30,541 bases of DNA from a virus. The stretch lies in IMG/VR virus record IMGVR_UViG_3300035187_000563, one strand, 5' to 3'. The position numbers were made by a program, and so were the translations under genes. Below the pieces are notes generated by a model. It was not told the origin of the DNA and made no database searches. It saw only the letters and a program-made list of their open reading frames with translations. This document shows positions 14,306 to 21,118 of the stretch, one piece after another; within the stretch, counting starts at the first letter, position 1; each line of letters begins with the position of its first letter.

Positions 14306-14900
14306 AGCCATAGCCAAACGCCACATTGAATGGATCAAGATTGCCAAGTACATAGGTGCAAGCAACGATGAAGCGGATGACATGGTACAATCAATGTATT
14401 TGAAGTTGGCGGAAATCCAATTGGCAGAGGGAAATTTTGTGAGGTTGACCAATTACAACGGAACCATCAACACCATCTATTTGTTTAAGATGCTACACAA
14501 TGCGTTTATGGACATCAAACGGGCATCAAACAAGACAATACCACACCAAGACCAATTTAACCCCGTAGAAAGCCCCGAAATGGCTGAAATGGCACATTTG
14601 GACTTGATGGGTGAAGTAAAAAAGGCAATTGATGAACTGCGAGATTATGACCAGATGTTATTGGAACTACATTTTGTGTACGGACATTCAATGAGGGATA
14701 TTGAAAAACGCACGGGAATACCAACACATTCGGTTTTTAACTCAATCAAAAACGCCAAACAACACATCAAACAACGAACACAAACAAAATACAAAATATA
14801 TGCAGAAGAAAAGCGACACACGGAAACAATTTACCGAATCACGACCATCAATCGGGTTGGGGGATACGATTCAGAAGGTAACGAAAGCCACGGGGATTGA
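14241..14900 (+). CDS. Phage-encoded ECF-like sigma-70 family factor (regions 2 and 4)
   Basis: Region 2-like segments: ADDMVQSMYLKL and YLFKMLHNAFMDIKR. Region 4 HTH: LRDYDQMLLELHFVYGHSMRDIEKRTGIPTHSVFNSIKNAKQHIKQ. The start is uncertain (ATG 14241 or TTG 14292). The 3' tail overlaps the next gene. Confidence 0.7.
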   Translation: MWWYIRLRISNYKSKHTLVTLEAIAKRHIEWIKIAKYIGASNDEADDMVQSMYLKLAEIQLAEGNFVRLTNYNGTINTIYLFKMLHNAFMDIKRASNKTIPHQDQFNPVESPEMAEMAHLDLMGEVKKAIDELRDYDQMLLELHFVYGHSMRDIEKRTGIPTHSVFNSIKNAKQHIKQRTQTKYKIYAEEKRHTETIYRITTINRVGGYDSEGNESHGD

Positions 14901-15207
14901 AGCCATTGTCAAATGGGTAAACTCCGAGGATTGCGGTTGCGATGCCCGTAAACACAAATTAAACAAACTATTTCCAAATCGGAAACCATTGTGTATGACC
15001 GAAGGCGAATACGATTGGTGGACACATTTCAAATCGGTAAATTCCCAAACCTTATCACCAATGGAAGCCACGAAGGTTGCGGAAATTTGGTCAAGGGTAT
15101 TCCAATCCAAAAGAATTTACAAGCCGTGTACTTGCAACCCCAAGGCATGGCAAACCATGATAAATGAGTTAACCCAGGTTTATGAAACTTACGAGAAACC
15201 TTTGTGA
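14800..15207 (+). CDS. Conserved hypothetical protein with a GLGDTIQKVTKATGI motif and Cys clusters (135 aa from ATG 14800)
   Basis: I recall the GLGD..x.K.T...GI motif followed by CGC...RK..LN from small phage proteins of unknown function. The 5' end overlaps the sigma gene by 101 nt. Confidence 0.5.
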   Translation: MQKKSDTRKQFTESRPSIGLGDTIQKVTKATGIEAIVKWVNSEDCGCDARKHKLNKLFPNRKPLCMTEGEYDWWTHFKSVNSQTLSPMEATKVAEIWSRVFQSKRIYKPCTCNPKAWQTMINELTQVYETYEKPL

Positions 15208-15379
15208 TTGTTGCGATAACAATAAAGAATCAACCAAAGAATTGATAAACGAAACGGGGCCAATGATTGAACCCAACCAAATTTATATGTGTACAAAATG
15301 CAGAATACAATTTCAAGACCGAGCAAAATGGGGGCCATGGCTGACCGCAGTAAAACAACTGCAAAGCAATACGCTGTGA
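15182..15379 (+). CDS. Small zinc-ribbon-like protein (65 aa)
   Basis: It has CDCC...CTKC cysteine pairs. Confidence 0.45.
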   Translation: MKLTRNLCDCCDNNKESTKELINETGPMIEPNQIYMCTKCRIQFQDRAKWGPWLTAVKQLQSNTL

Positions 15380-15525
15380 TGATTTTACGCGATGATTACC
15401 ATTACACATTCCGAGCAATTGGCGAACGGATGGGGGTATCGGAATCGGTGGCGTTTAGGTTATACGAAAAGGGAATCAACAATGAAAAAACATACAAAAA
15501 TTTATTTGAATTATTTTGGGTATGA
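15337..15525 (+). CDS. Small HTH protein (sigma region-4 / LuxR-like), 62 aa from ATG 15337
   Basis: TAKQYAVMILRDDYHYTFRAIGERMGVSESVAFRLYEKG fits an HTH pattern. The start is uncertain (15289, 15328 or 15337). Confidence 0.4.
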   Translation: MADRSKTTAKQYAVMILRDDYHYTFRAIGERMGVSESVAFRLYEKGINNEKTYKNLFELFWV

Positions 15526-15733
15526 CACATCCGATTTTATCCCGTGCGAAGTGTGTGGAAGCCAGGCGGTTGACATCCACCACATTGAATGCCGTGGCAT
15601 GGGTGGAAGCAAGGAAGCCGATAAAATTGAAAACCTACAAGCCCTTTGCAGAAAATGCCACATCCAATTTGGGGATCAAAAACAACACAAAGATTTTTTA
15701 ATTATCACACACCAAATAAAAATGAACAAATGA
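15482..15733 (+). CDS. HNH endonuclease (83 aa from ATG 15482)
   Basis: CEVCGSQAVDIHHIECRGMGGSKEADKIENLQALCRKCH is a canonical HNH/zinc motif set. Confidence 0.8.
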   Translation: MKKHTKIYLNYFGYDTSDFIPCEVCGSQAVDIHHIECRGMGGSKEADKIENLQALCRKCHIQFGDQKQHKDFLIITHQIKMNK

Positions 15734-16305
15734 TACAAATTGTTAAAACAAAAGACATTATTGCCAATGAGAATAATCCCAGGGTGATAAAAGATGACAA
15801 ATTCCGTAAATTGGTACAATCAATTAAGGACTTCCCACAAATGTTGAACCTCCGCCCGATAGTCGTGAATGATGAAATGGTAGTTCTTGGCGGCAATATG
15901 CGTTTACGGGCCGTGCAAGAAGTTGGGTTGAAGGAAGTAGCCATCATTAAGGCATCCGACCTAACCGAAGAACAACAAAAAGAGTTCATCATTAAAGACA
16001 ATGTGGGCTTCGGAGAATGGGATTGGGATGTGTTGGCTAATGAATGGGAACCAGAATTGTTGAGTGAATGGGGGTTGGATGTTTGGCAACAACCCGTGGA
16101 GGTCGACTATTCACTTTTGGATGAAGAAGATTTATCCGACGAACTTGCGGACATGGCCGATGGTGTAAAGAAAGCCATCCAAATTGAATTTGAACCCGAC
16201 CATTACGATGAAGCCACCGAATTGGTAAAGTTTTGGCGGGAACGCGGGGCGTATGTTGGTTACATGATCATGCAATACCTCAAAGAAGAAAAAGATAAGT
16301 TATGA
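15730..16305 (+). CDS. ParB N-terminal (ParB/Srx-like nuclease) domain protein with an acidic Trp-rich C-terminal region
   Basis: IIANENNPRVIKDDKFRKLVQSI...VVLGGNMRLRAVQEVG matches the NPR and GxxRxxA boxes. ATGA overlaps at both ends. There is no fused methyltransferase domain. Confidence 0.7.
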   Translation: MIQIVKTKDIIANENNPRVIKDDKFRKLVQSIKDFPQMLNLRPIVVNDEMVVLGGNMRLRAVQEVGLKEVAIIKASDLTEEQQKEFIIKDNVGFGEWDWDVLANEWEPELLSEWGLDVWQQPVEVDYSLLDEEDLSDELADMADGVKKAIQIEFEPDHYDEATELVKFWRERGAYVGYMIMQYLKEEKDKL

Positions 16306-17006
16306 AAATCTTTTTGATGTATTATGACCGATACAAAGAAGCAACAACATCTAAAATGTTGCAAACTGAACACATCGTGTTATGCCACAACAATGCAGAC
16401 AAATTCACTTGCATCGGCCCACAAGGTGAATTGATACAAACTAACGAACCCAAAGGCATTCAAAACAATTTCAATTATGGCTTACGCATGTTGAACCCTG
16501 GCGAGTGGGGCATATTCATGAGTGACGATTGTGTTGGGGCAAAAAAAATACAGAACGGCAAGTTCGTGGATTGTTCAGTTATGGAATCATTGAACGAATT
16601 ATTGGCAATCATTCCGAAGGCCGACAAAATGGGAGTGAAATTGATTGGCCTAAATTCAACTGGGAATCCATTTTATGCAAAAACAAAGTATTCTAAATAT
16701 GGATTAGTTGATGGGCGTTGTTTTGCTATCAAAAGAACGGAGTTTGAATTCCATCCAATCATTAATACGATCCCCGATTATTACGCTTCGGCTTATCATT
16801 TGAATAAATACGGGGGCAATTTAATTTTGAATTACACCTTCATAGATTTCAAGAGATACGAAAAAGGAGGGTTGGGAAGTGAAGAAGATAGAATACATGA
16901 CAAAATGAAAGATGTCAATATCATGTTGTCAACATTCCCGAAGAATGTCCAACTGAAAGACAAACCAGGTCAACCAAAAAATTCACACATAATAATCAAA
17001 CGATGA
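16302..17006 (+). CDS. GT-A-like glycosyltransferase candidate (partner of the TET/JBP dioxygenase)
   Basis: The ORF is 234 aa. It has an N-terminal beta-1 strand (KIFLMYYDRY) and NNFNYGLRMLNPGEWGIFMSDDC, which is a DxD-like SDD in the usual GT-A context. It is translationally coupled to both neighbours. Confidence 0.4.
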   Translation: MKIFLMYYDRYKEATTSKMLQTEHIVLCHNNADKFTCIGPQGELIQTNEPKGIQNNFNYGLRMLNPGEWGIFMSDDCVGAKKIQNGKFVDCSVMESLNELLAIIPKADKMGVKLIGLNSTGNPFYAKTKYSKYGLVDGRCFAIKRTEFEFHPIINTIPDYYASAYHLNKYGGNLILNYTFIDFKRYEKGGLGSEEDRIHDKMKDVNIMLSTFPKNVQLKDKPGQPKNSHIIIKR

Positions 17007-17803
17007 AACGCGTAGATTTAACCCTACAACCCCATGAAGCAAAAATCGGTCAAGACTGCCCGTATTTAGCCCCAAACATTACCGAAGATTGCATTTTCTA
17101 TGAGAATGGTGAAGCCATTGGGTTTTATATTAAGTCAATGCCAGAAAGAGCAGCGAAGTTAGCGAACCTGGCCAACATGGAATTCAATAGTAAAAATGTA
17201 CCAAAAACATATTTGGACAGAATGGAAACTGTGAAATTGTCAAAAGAGGGGATGAAGCGTTCCGATGCCCGTAAAATTGGCGTTAGTCAAATGTCGGTGA
17301 TTTTGGGGGGTGTCCCACCAAAGCCAGTTATGCGTAGACCATATCCAACCATTTCATCAGTTCATCAAGTGAAGTCGGCACAAACCTACATTAAAGCAAT
17401 GCTAATGTTGGCAAAGGAAAGCGAATCAATTATGCACGATATACTACCAGAACAATACGAACGGCAAAAAAAACTATTTGAGCAAGTGCCCGACCAATGG
17501 AAGTTCGCCAATCTTTTCACATCATCTATTGCCAATTACAATATATCAGCACCTTTCCATCGTGATACTGGTAACATTGTCGGGGCGGTGAATGTGATTA
17601 TCACAAAGCGTTTGAACGCCAAAGGTGGCAATCTATATGTTCCCGATTACGGGGCGGTCATGGATAGCGCAGATAACTCAATGTTGGTTTACCCCGCATG
17701 GAAAAATGTGCATGGAGTTACACCAATTATCCCAACGCATGAAGGTGGGTACCGCAATAGTTTGGTGTTTTACCCCCTCAAAGCATTCGTGGGATTAAAA
17801 TAA
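17003..17803 (+). CDS. TET/JBP-family 2-oxoglutarate/Fe(II) dioxygenase (nucleic-acid base hydroxylase)
   Basis: The ORF is 266 aa. It has H186-R-D188 (17558-17566, FHRDTGN), a distal H237 (VHGVTP, 17711-17713) and R251-N-S-L-V-F-Y (from 17753). These correspond to the metazoan TET motifs HRD...LHATTP...RISLVFYQH. Confidence 0.8.
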   Translation: MKRVDLTLQPHEAKIGQDCPYLAPNITEDCIFYENGEAIGFYIKSMPERAAKLANLANMEFNSKNVPKTYLDRMETVKLSKEGMKRSDARKIGVSQMSVILGGVPPKPVMRRPYPTISSVHQVKSAQTYIKAMLMLAKESESIMHDILPEQYERQKKLFEQVPDQWKFANLFTSSIANYNISAPFHRDTGNIVGAVNVIITKRLNAKGGNLYVPDYGAVMDSADNSMLVYPAWKNVHGVTPIIPTHEGGYRNSLVFYPLKAFVGLK

Positions 17804-17816
17804 TTTATCTTTTTAT

Positions 17817-17846
17817 TTTGTATTTCAAATTAAAAATGTATCTTCG
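17817..17846 (+). promoter_or_regulatory. Promoter-like element C
   Basis: TTTG (17817-17820), then an 18-nt spacer, then TATCTTCG (17839-17846). The ATG at 17851 follows after 4 nt, giving a near-leaderless mRNA. Confidence 0.45.
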
Positions 17847-17850
17847 CTTC

Positions 17851-18027
17851 ATGGAAATAGGACAAATGGTTAAATGGCAGTTAGATTCAATCGGTAACAT
17901 TGAATGCGTGGGTGTTTTTTTACAACAATTGAACGACAAAACATCCGAGGTAATTTGCCACTACATGAACGACAAGAAGTGCGTTACTAAATTACAAGTT
18001 GAAACAACAAAATTAGAACAGATATGA
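17851..18027 (+). CDS. Hypothetical protein (58 aa from ATG 17851)
   Basis: The track start (TTG 17818) and ATG 17836 both lie inside the promoter-like element, so I prefer 17851. Confidence 0.45.
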   Translation: MEIGQMVKWQLDSIGNIECVGVFLQQLNDKTSEVICHYMNDKKCVTKLQVETTKLEQI

Positions 18028-18320
18028 CAAACACAATTGAAATCACGGGGATTGGCAACTCAATTTCCTACTGCGAAGCAAAAGGATTGGGATTGATTTT
18101 TCAAGCGTATGCAAATCAATGTGCAAACGAAGAAATCATGGGCGTTGGATTTAACGCTAATTCGGGTTATGTTTACATAGCCCTTGAAAATGGAATCTCA
18201 ATTTGCTCTTGCATGGGGCATCAAGTTGATTACCTCGTAACAAATTTTTACAATGGCGAAGAAACATTTTACGACACTTACCAAGAAGCATTAGAACATG
18301 AAAGCGTGGAGGAAGATTGA
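18024..18320 (+). CDS. Hypothetical acidic protein (98 aa)
   Basis: ATGA overlap upstream. Confidence 0.5.
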   Translation: MTNTIEITGIGNSISYCEAKGLGLIFQAYANQCANEEIMGVGFNANSGYVYIALENGISICSCMGHQVDYLVTNFYNGEETFYDTYQEALEHESVEED

Positions 18321-18480
18321 ACGAACATTACCACAAGAAGAAACCCCCGTATTGGTTAAGACCGTGCGGGGTTTTCCCCATGTGGCGGTTTATTATGATG
18401 AACAATGGCATTGTTATCACACGGATCAAAGATTACATGTGGTTTACTGGATGCCAATACCCCTAACCCCCGATGAATAA
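18298..18480 (+). CDS. DUF551-like small protein (60 aa)
   Basis: WRKIERTLPQEETPVLV...VVYWMPIPLTP resembles the DUF551 pattern (W...P...vL...W.plP). Confidence 0.5.
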   Translation: MKAWRKIERTLPQEETPVLVKTVRGFPHVAVYYDEQWHCYHTDQRLHVVYWMPIPLTPDE

Positions 18481-18833
18481 TGGCCTATAAAACAAACGAA
18501 TTGGAACGGCTATCATTGGAAGCCATAGAAAAATACAAGTTGTTTTTTATTGAGGATGTAGTCGCTTATTTGCCGTGTGATAAAAGCACATTTTACGCCC
18601 ATAAACTCCACGAATCCAACGCAATAAAAGAGGCATTGTTAACTGTGAAGACCAACATCAAAGTATCTATGCGTTCCAAATGGTATTTGAGCGAGCAACC
18701 CACATTGCAATTGGCGTTAATGAAATTGATAAGTAGCGAAGAAGAACTCCGCAAACTATCCATGAGCCACAATGTGTTGGAGGAAAAAGAGAAACCCATT
18801 TTTAACGGAATCAATTTAGATGTAGACAAATGA
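18480..18833 (+). CDS. Candidate terminase small subunit (HTH protein)
   Basis: The ORF is 117 aa with a TAATG overlap upstream. An HTH-like segment (VVAYLPCDKSTFYAHKLHESNAIKEAL) is followed by KVSMRSKWY...PTLQLALMKL. It lies in the terminase operon, two genes upstream of TerL. Confidence 0.45.
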   Translation: MAYKTNELERLSLEAIEKYKLFFIEDVVAYLPCDKSTFYAHKLHESNAIKEALLTVKTNIKVSMRSKWYLSEQPTLQLALMKLISSEEELRKLSMSHNVLEEKEKPIFNGINLDVDK

Positions 18834-19447
18834 AATTTGTGAAAAATACACGATACTATCGTGGCGTGGTTTATGAATGGAACTTGCCCACGGGTAGCAC
18901 TTGCCCATTTGCGATGGAGTGTAAAGTAACTGTGGATCGCATCACGGGGAAATTTGACATTCATCGGGGGCAATACAAATGCTATGCAGCGGGGCCAGAA
19001 CGATTCCCAGGTGTACGGGAACATCGATGGAAAAACTTTGAATACACAAAAAATGGTGGTATCCCACAAATTCCAAAAGGGTGTAAAGCAATTCGCATCC
19101 ATGCGGCGGGGGATTTTTACAACCAAGATTATTTTGATATGTGGTTGGAGGTTGCACGGGAAAACCCACAAGTTGAGTTTTGGGCTTACACCAAATCATT
19201 GAATTATTGGATTAAAAGGTTGGGTGAAATACCTAACAATTTAACATTGACCGCATCACGGGGGGGGAGGTTGGATTGTTTGATTGACCAACACGAACTG
19301 AAAAATGTAACTATATTCAAATCCAAATACGAGGTACCCGAACAAATGCCGATTGATACAAACGATGATTGGGCAAGGACACCAAATGTCAATTTTGCTT
19401 TGATTGATAATTACGCCAAAGAAACACCCCAAATTTCATTATTGTAA
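18830..19447 (+). CDS. GP88-like Cys-motif protein of unknown function
   Basis: LPTGSTCPFAMEC...GQYKCYAAGPERFPGV resembles the Gene-product-88 family signature (C-P..s..C...CYA) as I recall it. It is coupled by overlaps to both terminase genes. Confidence 0.4.
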   Translation: MKFVKNTRYYRGVVYEWNLPTGSTCPFAMECKVTVDRITGKFDIHRGQYKCYAAGPERFPGVREHRWKNFEYTKNGGIPQIPKGCKAIRIHAAGDFYNQDYFDMWLEVARENPQVEFWAYTKSLNYWIKRLGEIPNNLTLTASRGGRLDCLIDQHELKNVTIFKSKYEVPEQMPIDTNDDWARTPNVNFALIDNYAKETPQISLL

Positions 19448-20604
19448 TGTTGCAGAAAACAACGGCCCAGGTCAAGATTAGTCGGTTACGCAAACGGGTT
19501 AGGATTGTAAGGGGTGGAACAAGTAGTTCAAAAACCTTTTCAATTATCCCCTTGCTAATTGATTACGCGGTTAAAAACCCAAAGGTAGAAATCAGCATCG
19601 TATCGGAAACCATCCCCCACCTACGGAGGGGTGCTATTCGTGACTTCCTTAAAATCATGGAAATGGTCGGAATGTTTGATCCGTTGAAATGGAACAAATC
19701 TTCATGGACTTATTCATTCAGCAACGATAGTTACATTGAATTCTTTTCAGCAGACCAACCCCAAAAGTTGAGGGGTGCAAGGCGTGATGTGTTATTTGTA
19801 AACGAGTGCAACAACATTGATTGGGAATCATACTATCAAATGGCAATCCGTACCCGTAAATTCATTTATTTGGATTACAACCCCGTGGCGGAATTTTGGG
19901 TGGATAGTGAATTGGTAAACGATGCGGATGCGGAAATGATTGTACTAACCTACAAAGACAATGAAGCGTTGGACAAATCAATCGTTAACGAAATTGAAAA
20001 GGCACGGGATAGGGCGGAAACATCAAACTATTGGGCTAATTGGTGGCGGGTGTATGGGCTTGGTGAGATTGGAAACTTACAAGGAGTTATATTCAGCAAC
20101 TGGCAAACCATCGATAAAATACCAGAGGATGCAAGATTGGTTGGTTGTGGTGTGGATTTCGGTTACACAAACGACCCCACGGCGATTGTTGCCGTTTATG
20201 AATACAATGGTCAACGAATCGTTGATGAGGTCGCATATCGCACGGGAATGCTCAATTCGGACATTGCAAGGGCATTACCCACCCATGTTCCCGTTTATGC
20301 GGATAGTGCCGAACCAAAATCAATTGATGAGATACGGAGGTATGGAATAAGAATCAAGGGCGTAACCAAGGGCAAAGATTCAATTAACTACGGAATTCAA
20401 ATCATGCAATCCCAATCTTATTTGGTTACATCCACATCAACAAACCTAATTAAAGAATTACGGAATTATTGTTGGGATAGTGATGCCCAGGGGCGAACGA
20501 TGAACACACCAATTGGAACGGATCACGGGATTGATTCATGGCGTTATCATGAGATGATGGCACTTGGAATCAAATCCAATTACGGAAACTACGATATTCG
20601 TTAA
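19447..20604 (+). CDS. terL: Terminase large subunit (PBSX/XtmB, Terminase_3-like)
   Basis: Walker A-like RGGTSSSKT, Walker B RRDVLFVNE, and nuclease-domain motifs (GVDFGYTNDPTAIV, YADSAEPKSIDE). The ORF is 385 aa. Confidence 0.85.
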   Translation: MLQKTTAQVKISRLRKRVRIVRGGTSSSKTFSIIPLLIDYAVKNPKVEISIVSETIPHLRRGAIRDFLKIMEMVGMFDPLKWNKSSWTYSFSNDSYIEFFSADQPQKLRGARRDVLFVNECNNIDWESYYQMAIRTRKFIYLDYNPVAEFWVDSELVNDADAEMIVLTYKDNEALDKSIVNEIEKARDRAETSNYWANWWRVYGLGEIGNLQGVIFSNWQTIDKIPEDARLVGCGVDFGYTNDPTAIVAVYEYNGQRIVDEVAYRTGMLNSDIARALPTHVPVYADSAEPKSIDEIRRYGIRIKGVTKGKDSINYGIQIMQSQSYLVTSTSTNLIKELRNYCWDSDAQGRTMNTPIGTDHGIDSWRYHEMMALGIKSNYGNYDIR

Positions 20605-20635
20605 TTGTTTATTTCGTGTGGATTTTGTATATTTG
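20605..20635 (+). promoter_or_regulatory. Promoter-like element D, at the head of the late/structural unit
   Basis: TTG (20605-20607), then a 20-nt spacer, then TATATTTG (20628-20635), an exact match to the Bacteroidota -7 consensus TAnnTTTG. The ATG at 20644 follows after 8 nt. Confidence 0.5.
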
Positions 20636-20643
20636 CGTTTGAT

Positions 20644-21087
20644 ATGACAAGCCATTACCAAGAAATACACAACTTAAAACAAGAAATAAAACGACTGCGA
20701 TTGTTGGTAGTTGAAAACAAGATGGCCCATGACCGCGAAGTTCGGTTGCTGAAACAAGAAATTGTCAAACCCAAAACGGACATCAACGATAACCCCACCA
20801 CATGGGGTGAAGTGTTACGGGTTATTTGTGAGGTAATGGATATGACTCCCGACCAAATCATCACCAAGTCAAGGAAACGCAAACCAATGTATGCCCGTCA
20901 TATGTTCAACCACATTTGCCGAAAAAGATTGAACATGACTTTCATGGAGATTGGCAACATTTCACACCTTGACCATTCCACCATTATTTCATCGGTTCGG
21001 GAATTTACGGATATTTTGGTAACCGATAAGGAGATGCAAAGGTATCACGCCCAGGTTCACACGATCCTTCACGAAAGGTTAGTATAA
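20644..21087 (+). CDS. DnaA domain IV-like (Bac_DnaA_C) DNA-binding protein with an N-terminal coiled coil
   Basis: ITKSRKRKPMYARHMFNHICRKRLNMTFMEIGNISHLDHSTIISSVREF aligns with the DnaA C-terminal pattern (R..v.aRq.amyL.r.lt..s..eIG..fg.rDHsTV.ha...i). I chose ATG 20644 because the track's TTG start lies inside the promoter element. Confidence 0.65.
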   Translation: MTSHYQEIHNLKQEIKRLRLLVVENKMAHDREVRLLKQEIVKPKTDINDNPTTWGEVLRVICEVMDMTPDQIITKSRKRKPMYARHMFNHICRKRLNMTFMEIGNISHLDHSTIISSVREFTDILVTDKEMQRYHAQVHTILHERLV

Positions 21088-21092
21088 ACAAT

Positions 21093-21110
21093 CGCCATTA
21101 TTGGCGTTTT
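21093..21110 (+). terminator. Weak hairpin plus T-tract (possible attenuator)
   Basis: CGCCA (21093-21097) pairs with TGGCG (21102-21106) around a 4-nt loop, then TTTT. The stem is only 5 bp. Confidence 0.3.
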
Positions 21111-21118
21111 ATGGGTAT

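Noticed and set aside
19961-20350. Same-strand alternative-frame ORFs inside larger genes: 19961..20350 in terL, 28357..28686 in the TMP-like gene, 22936..23229, 13993..14262, 8671..8927 and 283..486.
   Set aside because: They lie wholly within genes whose own frames carry clear family motifs. Their products are Arg/Trp/Gln/His-rich with atypical composition. None has independent start context.
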